Shown here: piece after piece, positions 8,338 to 17,649 of the stretch
Numbering within the stretch: position 1 is the first letter of the stretch
How the letters are laid out: each line of letters begins with the position of its first letter
Assembly (NCBI GenBank): GCA_028282645.1
Contig: JANQHM010000169.1
Coordinates: 1 to 49,249 of the forward strand
Reading direction: 5' to 3'
Length of the DNA stretch: 49,249 bases
DNA from: Candidatus Gastranaerophilales bacterium
GTDB lineage: Bacteria; Cyanobacteriota; Vampirovibrionia; Gastranaerophilales; JANQFW01
Notes under the pieces: model-generated
Database searches by the model: none
What the model was told of the DNA's origin: nothing
Seen by the model: the letters and a program-made list of their open reading frames with translations, nothing else
Made by a program: the position numbers and the translations under genes

Positions 8338-9462
8338 ATGGATAACAAAACTTTACCAATAATTTTAGCAGTTTGTGTCTCTATATTTTTAAGCTCCTTA
8401 GCATGTTTTTTAATTGGTGTAAACCTTGCTCAAAATACAACAATTAAAGAAAGCGTTGTGATAGAGCAACCCAAGCTAAAAGTCTTATCCACTCCTATCA
8501 ATACAAATGTAATTGCAGACGTGGCAGAGCGTAGCATGCCTTGGGTTGTAAACATAAAGCTTAAAGGCTATGTTTCTCCAAGGATAAGTGTGTTTGATTT
8601 CTTTGGTTTTTCACATTACAAAGCCAGACCAAGGCATAAAATTAAAATTGGCGGAGGTTCCGGATTTATTATAAGTAAAGACGGTTATATTTTAACAAAT
8701 GGCCACGTTGTAAAAAAAACAAGTGATATAGAAGTAAATTTATATAACAATAAAACTTACAAAGCAAGAGTTATAGGCATCGATGAAGTGACAGACCTGG
8801 CCGTACTTAAGATTGAAGAGGAAACCCAAGACTTACCTGTTGCAAATATAGGAGACTCTTCCGCATTAAGAATCGGTGAATGGGTTATTGCAGTAGGTAG
8901 CCCATTAGGCTTTGAACAGACCGTTACACAAGGAATTATTAGTGCAAAAAACAGAAGAGTTCAAGATTTGCAAACCAGCGTAGATTTTATACAAACCGAT
9001 GCAGCAATTAATCCTGGAAATTCCGGCGGGCCATTAATTAATTTAAAAGGAGAAGTAATAGGTATTAATACTGCAATCAGAGCAGATGCCCAGAATATAG
9101 GATTTGCAATTCCGATAAATACTGCTAAAAATATCTATACTCAAATAATAAAAAACGGCAAAGTATCGCGTCCGTGGATTGGTATAGAAATGAGAGAGGT
9201 GCGTACAAAAGATGGTTCCGCAGTTAGAGTTGAAAGGGTTTGGCCGGGTAGTCCCGGTAATAAAGCGGGTTTAAGAAGAAAAGATATTATTACAAAAGTT
9301 GACGGTAAAAAGGTTGATGATGGTAAAGATATACAGATAGCCGTGAGAAAACATGCCATTGGCGAAAGTATAAAATTTGATATTCTTAGAAATGGTCGAA
9401 GAATACAGTTAGATATACTTACTGAAAAATTACCTGATTTTAGCTCAAGACCAAGAAGCTAA
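8338..9462 (+). CDS. htrA: HtrA/DegP-family serine protease with one PDZ domain
   Basis: N-terminal TM anchor. Catalytic triad contexts TNGHVV, DLAVLKI, GNSGGPLINL. C-terminal PDZ-like segment (VWPGSPGNKAGLRRKDIITKVDG). ATG at 8338 with a GGAGAG RBS is preferred over TTG at 8320. Confidence 0.88.
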   Translation: MDNKTLPIILAVCVSIFLSSLACFLIGVNLAQNTTIKESVVIEQPKLKVLSTPINTNVIADVAERSMPWVVNIKLKGYVSPRISVFDFFGFSHYKARPRHKIKIGGGSGFIISKDGYILTNGHVVKKTSDIEVNLYNNKTYKARVIGIDEVTDLAVLKIEEETQDLPVANIGDSSALRIGEWVIAVGSPLGFEQTVTQGIISAKNRRVQDLQTSVDFIQTDAAINPGNSGGPLINLKGEVIGINTAIRADAQNIGFAIPINTAKNIYTQIIKNGKVSRPWIGIEMREVRTKDGSAVRVERVWPGSPGNKAGLRRKDIITKVDGKKVDDGKDIQIAVRKHAIGESIKFDILRNGRRIQLDILTEKLPDFSSRPRS

Positions 9463-9530
9463 GTTATTTATTTTGGCTGAGTTATCATAAATAAAGCTAT
9501 CGATTAATTGCTTTAATATAAATAAAGATG

Positions 9531-9567
9531 TTAACCTGTTAGTTATATAACAGGTTAAATCGTTTTA
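9531..9567 (+). terminator. Hairpin terminator after htrA
   Basis: TTAACCTGTTA (9531-9541) / TAACAGGTTAA (9548-9558), perfect 11 bp, followed by ATCGTTTT. Confidence 0.5.
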
Positions 9568-9601
9568 GTTAGGTTATTAGGTTAATTGATTAGGTGAAAA
9601 T

Positions 9602-10366
9602 ATGAAAAGAATAATTATTTGTTTATTGACTATATTTATTGTATTTAGCTATTTTGCCGTACCATCATCAGCTTTTTGGCCGTTTAAAAGTAAAGCTGCA
9701 AAAATAAATGCAGAAGAATTAAAAGTATTAGCATACACCCAAGATACATTAGATAGCAGATCAGCAAAAGCAGGAGATAAACTCTGCTTTATCACACTGG
9801 AAGACGTGTTGATTAACGAAAAAGTAATATTACCTTCCGGCTCTTTATTAAATGGCAATATTCATAAGGTAAAAAAAATAGGAAGGCTAAGCAACCATGC
9901 TAAAGTTGACATAAAAATATCATTAATAAAGCTTAAAAACGGTAAAACATTAGAAATTGATGAAAATGGATGGATAATATCTTTTAAAAATCCGAATATT
10001 AAAACCATGAAGAAAAAAATTTGGGAGAAAGCACCAATCCTGGCAGCCGGTTATGCAACAACCATACCTCTGGGCGCGTTTACTGAATTAGGAACCGGAG
10101 TTATCTACCTGATTGGTTCAGCAGCCTCAGTTACCGCAGGAGGAGTCTCAGGAGCAATGTATCCTAATCCGGGACAAACACGCTACCAAAGTTGTTTAAA
10201 CAGAGCTTATAATTCCACTGCCATGGGCTACGCAAACACAGTTTTCGGCAAAGGCAAAAACGTAATAATGAAGTCAGGTGTCAGTGTAATGTTGGTTATT
10301 AGCAAAGATGCGCTAAATTTGCTAATGGAAGAAGCACAAAGCAAAATTACTAAAGCAAAAAAATAA
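9602..10366 (+). CDS. Secreted or membrane-anchored hypothetical protein sharing a module with the C-terminus of the SLH protein
   Basis: Signal-peptide-like N-terminus (MKRIIICLLTIFIVFSYFAVPSSA). LDSRSAKAGDK..TLEDVLIN....LPSGSLLNG resembles LSARSSQVGDK..TLEAITIN....FPKGSRVNG in 41425..43863. AGGTGA RBS. Confidence 0.6.
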   Translation: MKRIIICLLTIFIVFSYFAVPSSAFWPFKSKAAKINAEELKVLAYTQDTLDSRSAKAGDKLCFITLEDVLINEKVILPSGSLLNGNIHKVKKIGRLSNHAKVDIKISLIKLKNGKTLEIDENGWIISFKNPNIKTMKKKIWEKAPILAAGYATTIPLGAFTELGTGVIYLIGSAASVTAGGVSGAMYPNPGQTRYQSCLNRAYNSTAMGYANTVFGKGKNVIMKSGVSVMLVISKDALNLLMEEAQSKITKAKK

Positions 10367-10399
10367 ATAATTTTAAAAAAAAGTATTGAATAAATGATA

Positions 10400-10446
10400 A
10401 CACATCTGTATAGTAGATTAAGTATACAGGTGTGTTTTGCTTTTAA
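10400..10446 (+). terminator. Rho-independent terminator
   Basis: 13-bp stem ACACATCTGTATA / TATACAGGTGTGT (one G:U) followed by TTTTGCTTTT. Confidence 0.7.
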
Positions 10447-10492
10447 AAAAATCGAATGAATCTGTTCAAAAGTTGGTTAGGAGTTAATCAAT

Positions 10493-11392
10493 ATGCTTGA
10501 AAAGGTGTTAAAAGAGTTTTTTATATTACTTTCTGAATTAACAATATTATTCTTGGGGATTAGCTTTTTTGTGGCTTTTTTACAGAATAAACTTTCTAAT
10601 GATCGCCTAAAAAAAATTTTAAGTAGAGGTAACACCGTAATAAATTCTTTAATAGGTGCTACTATTGGCTTAATTACCCCATTTTGTACGTGTTCTACAA
10701 TTCCTTTATTAATAGGTTTATTTAAATCTAATGCACCTTTTGGCGGGGCTATGTCTTTTTTGTTTGCGTCTCCTCTTTTAAATCCGGCAGTAGTAATACT
10801 TTTTATTACATTCTTTGGGCCGAAGGCAACAATTATATATGTATCAATAATATTTGGATTTTCTGTAATTGCAGGAATTTTACTGGAAAAACTAGGATTT
10901 AGAAAATATATACGACCGATTGCTGCCCCAAAAGCTTGCTGTAGTGGTTGCGGATGCGATAATCATTCCGTTGAGTCTCCTTCTATAATGAAATCTTCTA
11001 TATTAAGCTCATTTGATATGTTAAAAAAAATATTTCCGTTTTTACTCCTTGTAGCCACTATTGGAGCATTAATACAAGGTTTTCTTCCTGATAATTATCT
11101 TTCGATATTATCATCAGGCTATAATGAGTTTATATCAGTTCCAATGGCAGCAATATTAGGTATACCTATGTATATCAGAACAGAAACCATGATTCCGATA
11201 GGTTTGTTTTTAGCCAAAAAGGGCTTAGGAATGGGTACTATAATTGCATTGTTAATAGGTGGAGCTGGTCTAAGCGTACCGGAATTAGTGCTTTTAAACA
11301 CTATTTTCAAAAAAAAATTGGCTTTTACTATTATATTATGTATATTTACTGTTGCCGTGGGGTCGGGAATTATTTTCAATATTTTGTATTAA
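10493..11392 (+). CDS. Predicted permease (ArsP/UPF0718-like family)
   Basis: Polytopic membrane protein with the family-typical TPFCTCSTIPL motif and a Cys-rich loop (ACCSGCGCD). AGGAG RBS. Confidence 0.7.
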   Translation: MLEKVLKEFFILLSELTILFLGISFFVAFLQNKLSNDRLKKILSRGNTVINSLIGATIGLITPFCTCSTIPLLIGLFKSNAPFGGAMSFLFASPLLNPAVVILFITFFGPKATIIYVSIIFGFSVIAGILLEKLGFRKYIRPIAAPKACCSGCGCDNHSVESPSIMKSSILSSFDMLKKIFPFLLLVATIGALIQGFLPDNYLSILSSGYNEFISVPMAAILGIPMYIRTETMIPIGLFLAKKGLGMGTIIALLIGGAGLSVPELVLLNTIFKKKLAFTIILCIFTVAVGSGIIFNILY

Positions 11393-11394
11393 AA

Positions 11395-11430
11395 ATAAAC
11401 TGTACTATAAAAAGTACAGTTTATTTTTGT
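11395..11430 (+). terminator. Rho-independent terminator after the permease gene
   Basis: ATAAACTGTACT (11395-11406) / AGTACAGTTTAT (11413-11424), perfect 12 bp, then TTTTTG. Confidence 0.75.
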
Positions 11431-11444
11431 GAATTCTTGCTTAT

Positions 11445-11595
11445 TATACTAACTCAAAAATTGGTAGTGGTCCGTTTTGAGTACTGATGCTTACAAGTAA
11501 ACTTAAGCTATATCAAAAGCTTACAGCACTGACATAAGAAAGGTGATTACCATCACCCAAAAATTTAATCTGAAATTTAATTGAGTGCCAGTATA
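11445..11595 (+). repeat. Repeat family B copy B9 (short form) interrupted by MITE A
   Basis: TATACTAACTCAAAAATT [A insertion] CAAAAATTTAATCTGAAATTTAATTGAGTGCCAGTATA. Removing A and one TSD copy restores a contiguous short B. Confidence 0.75.
11463..11557 (+). mobile_element. MITE family A copy nested in B9
   Basis: GGTAGTGGTCCG...GGTGATTACCATCACC. Exact 8-bp TSD CAAAAATT at 11455-11462 and 11558-11565. Confidence 0.9.
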
Positions 11596-11596
11596 A

Positions 11597-11788
11597 CTAG
11601 CTTGCTTTAGTTATTTTATTTGCTTTTATACAAGATGTACAAACATTAATTCTTTTAGCAACACCGTTAAAGTTAACCTTTATCTTTTGTAGATTAGGTT
11701 TTTGCCTGTATGTATGTGCTTTATGTGAAAAGCATATTTTATTAGCTTTTAACTTTGTTTTACCACAAACTTCACAAATTTTAGCCAT
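11597..11788 (-). CDS. rpmB: 50S ribosomal protein L28 (Cys-containing, zinc-ribbon type)
   Basis: MAKICEVCGK....N..SH......R...PNLQK..V..NG..KR..VC..C matches L28. CxxC pairs at both ends. ATG at 11788 with a GAGG RBS is preferred over the longer track ORF. Confidence 0.85.
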   Translation of the reverse strand: MAKICEVCGKTKLKANKICFSHKAHTYRQKPNLQKIKVNFNGVAKRINVCTSCIKANKITKAS

Positions 11789-11975
11789 TATAAATACCTC
11801 TATATAATAATATATTAACAAATTTTGATTTTAATCAGATATTATAAATAATACTCAAAGTAGAGCTATATATCAAGTAAAAAGTTCATTTGATAAGGAT
11901 TTTAAAAAAAATAAAAACCGGTAAATATTTTACCGGTGTGAGGATTTTGGGTTAATGAGGAGTTATAAAAATTCT

Positions 11976-12069
11976 GGATAGTGGTCAGTTGAGTACTGGT
12001 GCTTACAAGTAAACTCAAGTCATATCAAAAGCTTACAGCGATGACATAAGAAAGGTGATGACCATCACC
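11976..12069 (+). mobile_element. MITE family A copy
   Basis: GGATAGTGGTCAG...GGTGATGACCATCACC. AAATTCTG direct repeat at 11969-11976 and 12070-12077; the last G overlaps the element end. Confidence 0.88.
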
Positions 12070-12077
12070 AAATTCTG

Positions 12078-12135
12078 TATACTAACTTAAAAGTACTTTT
12101 TAAATTATTCAAGTTTGTTAAAACTTTTAAAGTAC
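12078..12135 (+). repeat. Repeat family B fragment B10 (degenerate)
   Basis: TATACTAACTTAAAAGTACTTTTTAAATTATTCAAGTTTGTTAAAAC resembles the TATACTAACTC end of B only. Confidence 0.35.
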
Positions 12136-12156
12136 ACAATTTTTAATAGCAAAAAA

Positions 12157-12915
12157 TTAGAAGGCCATTGAATATGGATAATATGATGTAGCCATTGCAC
12201 CATTCAATCTTCCAATATAATTATTTTGTGTATTACCAAAATCTAAAACTGCGGGATAAGTTTCTCTAATTTTTCCGGTAAGGCTGCTACCATATCTTTT
12301 TTTATAATCTTTAATCACAGCAGCAACAAAGTGATTGTTTGGATTTCTTAAAAGTACTTCATCAACTGTTGATCTGTCAGAACGCGCGAATTTTAAAGCA
12401 TCATGTAGCGCAGCTGATGCATTTGGCACACTAACCTTTGCAGCTTGGTTTAATAGTTTTATTTCTTCAGGCGGTCCTCCTACTCTAAAGAAATTTAACC
12501 TGTCAAAATTTCTTCTTAAATCTCTTCTTAACTTAGTCAGATCACCGCCGCCGTATTTTTGTGCATAAACTATTTCAACAGCAGCAAGCTTCATTGGGTT
12601 TGTTGCAGCTAAATTTTGAAGAATAATTTTTGCCTGCCCTCTGTTAAAAATACCTTTTAAGCCCATTGTAGAGCGTAAGTTTGATGCTAAAATATCGAGT
12701 TGAGGCCTTAGCGCAGGATTGTTTAGCATTGCATTTACACCATATCCACTACCGGCATACCCTGGTCCCATTCCTGCATTTGCAGGTGTCAGCGGTCTTT
12801 GCCTGCTTAAAAAAATATTATTAAATTCAGATTCTATTACACGGCTATCACTAACAGCTCCATATATTGATGCCATTCGTGCCGGACCATATTCATTGTA
12901 AATTCCAGGATACAT
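12157..12915 (-). CDS. Annexin-repeat-like protein (two repeats)
   Basis: Strong GGAGGAAGGA RBS. Two segments fit the annexin repeat pattern (x..L...M/K.....x(4-6)..I/L L.....N.....V/I...Y...YG..L...I/L): LASNLRSTMGLKGIFNRGQAKIILQNLAATNPMKLAAVEIVYAQKYGGGDLTKLRRDL and ALHDALKFARSDRSTVDEVLLRNPNNHFVAAVIKDYKKRYGSSLTGKIRE. Confidence 0.5.
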   Translation of the reverse strand: MYPGIYNEYGPARMASIYGAVSDSRVIESEFNNIFLSRQRPLTPANAGMGPGYAGSGYGVNAMLNNPALRPQLDILASNLRSTMGLKGIFNRGQAKIILQNLAATNPMKLAAVEIVYAQKYGGGDLTKLRRDLRRNFDRLNFFRVGGPPEEIKLLNQAAKVSVPNASAALHDALKFARSDRSTVDEVLLRNPNNHFVAAVIKDYKKRYGSSLTGKIRETYPAVLDFGNTQNNYIGRLNGAMATSYYPYSMAF

Positions 12916-13122
12916 ACATCCTTCCTCCTCTGAACTTCCCCTAATTTAAAAGTATACTTTTACAGAATTAAATATTATTTCTATTAAATTTTTATATAGG
13001 CTTGTTTTCCCCAGTTTCCCTTTTTAGTTTACAAGTTTATTCCCTATTTATATAAAAACAAATAAATATTTAAAATTTACAAATTAAATAAACTTATTAA
13101 ATTATATTAAGACACAAAGTTT

Positions 13123-13215
13123 GGTAGTAGTCAGCTGAGTACTGATGCTTACAAACAAACTCAAGTTATATCAAAAGCTTACAGCAATGACATAAAAAAG
13201 GTGATGACCATCACC
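13123..13215 (+). mobile_element. MITE family A copy
   Basis: GGTAGTAGTCAGCTGAG...GGTGATGACCATCACC. Flanks are CAAAGTTT (13115-13122) and CAAAATTT (13216-13223), 7/8 identical. Confidence 0.88.
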
Positions 13216-13228
13216 CAAAATTTTATCT

Positions 13229-13262
13229 TAAAAAAATAGACTGCTAAATAAATGCAGTCTAT
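13229..13262 (-). terminator. Terminator after rex (bidirectional hairpin)
   Basis: ATAGACTGC (13236-13244) / GCAGTCTAT (13254-13262), flanked by an A-run on one side and a T-run on the other. Confidence 0.6.
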
Positions 13263-13298
13263 CTATTTTTAAAGAAAGGAAAAATTATTTTAATTTTG

Positions 13299-13922
13299 TT
13301 AATTAGTATTTAATAAATGCACAAGAGTTACAAAGCTAGTAGCTAAATCCTGATTCAGAACTATAATATCTTTGTTAACTTTTAAATTAACAGGAGAAAA
13401 ATTCCAAATCGCTTTTATTTGAGAACTTTCTACTATTTCTATAATATTACTAACAGCACTAGCAGGGATGGTAATAATAACAAACTTAACATTATTTTTA
13501 CTAACCATATCCTGAAACCTAGAAATACAATAAATTTGTTTATTTTGAACTTTCGTCCCTATTTTTGCAGGATTATTATCAAAAATAGCAGTAATATCCA
13601 GGCCAAATTTTTTAAAACCTTCATATTTAGCAAGAGCAACACCAAGATTTCCCGCTCCGATAAGATAGGCTTCCTTAAGCTTGTTAAATCCCAAAAATTG
13701 TTCAAGATGTAGTTTTAACTCAAAGGTATCGAAACCAACCTTTGGTTTACCAACATAACCTGTTGCCGCTATATCTTTTCTGACTTGAGTGTCGTCGATA
13801 TTTAGCTCCTTGGCAATTTTAGAACTGGAAATATATTTTTTGCCATAATTAACAATTGCCGCGGAAATTATATTATAGTAGCTTGGCAGCCGTTTTAAGG
13901 TTGGAATCGATACTTGTTTCAT
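13299..13922 (-). CDS. rex: Redox-sensing transcriptional repressor Rex
   Basis: IP..T.KRLP.YY N-terminal winged-helix motif. ISS..IA..L.I...QVRKD. Rossmann GAGNLG...Y. C-terminal ..NF.P..L. Confidence 0.9.
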   Translation of the reverse strand: MKQVSIPTLKRLPSYYNIISAAIVNYGKKYISSSKIAKELNIDDTQVRKDIAATGYVGKPKVGFDTFELKLHLEQFLGFNKLKEAYLIGAGNLGVALAKYEGFKKFGLDITAIFDNNPAKIGTKVQNKQIYCISRFQDMVSKNNVKFVIITIPASAVSNIIEIVESSQIKAIWNFSPVNLKVNKDIIVLNQDLATSFVTLVHLLNTN

Positions 13923-13982
13923 ATCTATAAATCCACCGATTATTATTTATAATTACTAAAGTACTACTTGTTGTTATCTACT

Positions 13983-15731
13983 CTAGTCTTCTACGTTCCA
14001 GATATCTCTTTCTTCGTATTCTGTATGTAATAAGTGGTGAGCTTTTTTACTATTTGGTTCGCCTAAGTGCTTTTCATATAGAGTCTTCACTGATGGATTT
14101 TCATGAGATTTTTGAAGCTTCATCTTCGCATCAGCTTTATATAACCCATCTTTTCTGTTGCCCTTAATTAAACGGTCTTTACAGCTAACAGGCTGACCGG
14201 CTCCACCAATACATCCGCCGGGACATGCCATAACTTCAATTACGTCATAGTGAGCTTCGCCTTTATTGATTTTCTCAATAACTCTGTCAGCTTCAGCTAA
14301 AGTATTGATAATTGCAAGTCTAATCTTTTTACCATCAATATCAACAGTAAACTCTTTTAAAGTATCAAGCCCGCGAGCCTCTTCAAAGTTAACATTTTCA
14401 AGAGTTTTTCCGGTGATTACTTCATAAGCGGTTCTTAAAGCAGCTTCTGCAACACCGCCGGAAGCCCCGAATATAACACCTGCACCGGAATATTCACCAA
14501 ACGGCATATCCATTTCTTCAGACTCTAAATTACTGATATTAACACCGGCTGATTGTATTAACTTAAATACTTCTTGAGTAGTTAATACAATATCAACTTC
14601 TTGTACGCCATTCTTACTGAATTCAGGTCTTACAGCTTCAGCTTTTTTAGCAGTACAAGGCATAATTGATACAACAACCAAGTCTTTAGACTCAATTTTG
14701 TACTCTTTACAAAGAACATCTTTAGCTAAAGCACCGAACATTTGCTGTGGAGACTTGGCAGAAGAAAGGTTATTCAAAAAGTTCTTGTGGTTCTGCTCGG
14801 CATGTCTTACCCAGGCAGGACAACAACTTGTGAATAAAGGTAGTCTTTCATTATTTTTAAGCCTGCCAATAAGCTCAGTACCTTCTTCCATAATCGTAAC
14901 GTCTGCAGAAAAACTAGTATCAAATACTTTATTAATACCCACTCTCCTAAGCGCAGCAGCCATAATGCCAATAATATTTTCCCCTGGTGGTATACTAAAC
15001 TGTTCTCCAAGTGCAACCCTTACAGCAGGAGCTATTTGAACAATAACAGTTTTACTGTCATCATTAATAGCTTCAAATACTTTATCTACATCAGACTTAA
15101 TAGATAAAGCACCGGTTGGACAAACCGCAGCACACTGACCGCAATATACACAATCAACATCTTCAAGTTTACAGCCATATGCAGGAGCACAAACTGTTTT
15201 AGAACCTCTGTTAGAGAAGCTTAAAACGCTCTTGCCCTGAACTTCAGTACAAGCTCTAATGCAAGCACCACAAAGTATACATTTATTAGAATCTCTTACA
15301 AGACTAGGGTTAGAATCATCAATTTCAGCCTTTTCTTGTAATTTTTCAAATCTTAAGTCTTTTATATCATATTTATTTGATAATATTTGAAGTTCGCAAT
15401 CACTGCTTCTTTCGCAGGTTGTACATTCTCTGTCATGATTTGATAACAAGAGTTCAAGAGAAACCTTTCTAACTCTTCTAACTCTTTCAGAATTTGTTTT
15501 AATCTTAAGACCAGGTTCAGGAGGCATAGTACAACTAGCTTGGATTCCTCTGCCTTCAATTTCTACAACACACATACGGCATGCGCCATATAGTGTTAAA
15601 TCAGGTCTATAACAAAATGTAGGAACATCGATTCCAATTTTTTGAATTACTTCTAGCAAGTTTCTTTCATTGCTAAATTCAACTTCTTTGCCGTTTATAA
15701 ATATTGTATTTTTCACTTTAGTTTTTACCAT
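13983..15731 (-). CDS. hydA: [FeFe]-hydrogenase catalytic subunit (M3-type, HydA)
   Basis: N-terminal 2Fe-2S ferredoxin-like fold plus His-ligated and 2x[4Fe-4S] Cys clusters. H-cluster motifs TSCCPAW, MPCTAKK, EVMACPGGCIGGAGQP. Confidence 0.92.
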   Translation of the reverse strand: MVKTKVKNTIFINGKEVEFSNERNLLEVIQKIGIDVPTFCYRPDLTLYGACRMCVVEIEGRGIQASCTMPPEPGLKIKTNSERVRRVRKVSLELLLSNHDRECTTCERSSDCELQILSNKYDIKDLRFEKLQEKAEIDDSNPSLVRDSNKCILCGACIRACTEVQGKSVLSFSNRGSKTVCAPAYGCKLEDVDCVYCGQCAAVCPTGALSIKSDVDKVFEAINDDSKTVIVQIAPAVRVALGEQFSIPPGENIIGIMAAALRRVGINKVFDTSFSADVTIMEEGTELIGRLKNNERLPLFTSCCPAWVRHAEQNHKNFLNNLSSAKSPQQMFGALAKDVLCKEYKIESKDLVVVSIMPCTAKKAEAVRPEFSKNGVQEVDIVLTTQEVFKLIQSAGVNISNLESEEMDMPFGEYSGAGVIFGASGGVAEAALRTAYEVITGKTLENVNFEEARGLDTLKEFTVDIDGKKIRLAIINTLAEADRVIEKINKGEAHYDVIEVMACPGGCIGGAGQPVSCKDRLIKGNRKDGLYKADAKMKLQKSHENPSVKTLYEKHLGEPNSKKAHHLLHTEYEERDIWNVED

Positions 15732-15736
15732 TATTA

Positions 15737-17590
15737 CTAGACCTCCTTAGTAGCGTTGAATGGGCAAGAACTTAAACAAGCACCACATTTAATACACTTG
15801 TTCTGATCGATTTTATAAGGTTGCTTAACTTTACCTTCAATAGCATCAACAGGACATGATCTTGCACACTTTGAACAACCTTTACAAAGGTCTTCCGCTA
15901 TTACAATTTTTTTAAATGCTTCACAAACACCCGCAGGGCACCTCTTGCCTTCAATATGAGCCAGATATTCATCTTTAAAGTATTTTAACGTAGAAAGCAC
16001 CGGATTCGGAGCTGTTTTACCAAGACCGCAAAGAGAACCATCTTTAACTGCAAGTGCAAGCTCTTCAAGTATATCAAGATCACTAAGCTCAGCTTTGCCT
16101 GCAACTAGTTTTTCAAGGATTCTAAGCATATTTTTAGTACCTTCTCTACAAGGCACACACTTGCCACAAGACTCATTTTGTGTAAAGTTCATAAAGAATC
16201 TTGCAACTTCAACAATACAAGTATCTTCATTTAATACAACAAGCCCGCCGGATCCTACCATAGCACCTGCTTTAAGTAAAGAAGCATAGTCCAGTGGTAA
16301 ATCAAGATGCTCTTCTGTCAAACAACCGCCTGACGGACCGCCAATTTGAACAGCTTTAAATTTCTTGTTGTTTCTTATACCACCGCCTATATCAAAAATA
16401 ATTTTTCTTAAAGAAGTACCCATAGGAACTTCAATAAGACCTGTATTATTAACTTCTCCGGTTAAAGCAAAGGTTTTAGTGCCTGCACTGCCTTCCGTAC
16501 CAAGGGATTGAAACCATTCAGCACCGTTAATCATAATACCGGGTACGTTAGCAAAGGTTTCTACGTTATTAATTAAGGTTGGTTTTCCGAATAAACCTTT
16601 ATTTGCAGGGAATGGAGGTTTGGGTCTTGGCATACCTCTTTCACCTTCAATAGAAGCAATAAGAGCAGTTTCTTCACCGCAAACAAACGCACCGGCACCC
16701 TCTTTGATATGTAACTTAAAGTTAAATTTAGTTCCTAATATTTTAGAACCGAGGAAACCGTATTTTTCAGCATCAGTAATAGCTTTTCTTAATCTTTCAA
16801 TAGCTAAAGGGTATTCTGCACGTACATAGATGTATCCTTCGTCTGCACCAACCGCATAAGCAGCAAGTGCCATACCTTCTATAACTCTGTGAGGATCACC
16901 TTCCATAAGTGATCTATCCATAAATGCTCCGGGGTCACCTTCGTCACCATTGCAAATTACATATTTTTTATCGCCTTGAGCAGTTCTAACGAAAGTCCAC
17001 TTTCTCCCTGTTGGGAAACCACCGCCACCACGACCTTTTAGACCACTATCAGTAATAATATCGCATACTTCTTCAGGAGAAAGCTCTTTTAAAGCATTGC
17101 TAAGAGCTAAATATGTAGAATTTGCAATACTTTCTCTGATATCTTCAGGGTTTAGATGACCGCAATTTGATAAAGATGTTCTGGTTTGCTGTGCATAAAA
17201 GTTTATATCAGAGTTTCCTTGTTGAATATGACCATTTTGAGGATCTCTATATAATAATCTTTCTACTATTTCACCATTTTTAAGATGCTTTTCAACTATT
17301 TCTTCAACATCATCGCCTTTTACTTTGACGTAAGTAACATTTTTATCCGGTATCATAACGAGAACACCATTCTCACAGAAACCGTGGCAGCCGGTTTTAA
17401 TAGTTGTTACTCTTTCTTTTTTCATAGAAACATTAGCGCCAAGCTCTTCGAATCTTTTCACAACATCCAAAGATCCGTTTGCAACGCAGCCAGTACCTGC
17501 ACAAACAAGAACTCTTGTTCCCATTTGTTTAATATATTCTTTAGATTTTTCTTGTTCTTTTATCATGTCTACTGCAATTCCATTAATCAT
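15737..17590 (-). CDS. hydB: NuoF-like NAD(P)H-binding flavoprotein subunit of the trimeric hydrogenase (HydB)
   Basis: Thioredoxin-like [2Fe-2S] N-terminus. GRGGGGFPTGRKW and CNGDEGDPGAF (NuoF FMN/NADH site). CGKCVPCREG. C-terminal 2x CxxCxxCxxxCP ferredoxin motifs. Confidence 0.92.
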   Translation of the reverse strand: MINGIAVDMIKEQEKSKEYIKQMGTRVLVCAGTGCVANGSLDVVKRFEELGANVSMKKERVTTIKTGCHGFCENGVLVMIPDKNVTYVKVKGDDVEEIVEKHLKNGEIVERLLYRDPQNGHIQQGNSDINFYAQQTRTSLSNCGHLNPEDIRESIANSTYLALSNALKELSPEEVCDIITDSGLKGRGGGGFPTGRKWTFVRTAQGDKKYVICNGDEGDPGAFMDRSLMEGDPHRVIEGMALAAYAVGADEGYIYVRAEYPLAIERLRKAITDAEKYGFLGSKILGTKFNFKLHIKEGAGAFVCGEETALIASIEGERGMPRPKPPFPANKGLFGKPTLINNVETFANVPGIMINGAEWFQSLGTEGSAGTKTFALTGEVNNTGLIEVPMGTSLRKIIFDIGGGIRNNKKFKAVQIGGPSGGCLTEEHLDLPLDYASLLKAGAMVGSGGLVVLNEDTCIVEVARFFMNFTQNESCGKCVPCREGTKNMLRILEKLVAGKAELSDLDILEELALAVKDGSLCGLGKTAPNPVLSTLKYFKDEYLAHIEGKRCPAGVCEAFKKIVIAEDLCKGCSKCARSCPVDAIEGKVKQPYKIDQNKCIKCGACLSSCPFNATKEV

Positions 17591-17649
17591 ATATTTATTT
17601 CTCCTAACAGCTTTATTTTTTGTTTTGCCGAATTAAATCTTTAATATTC

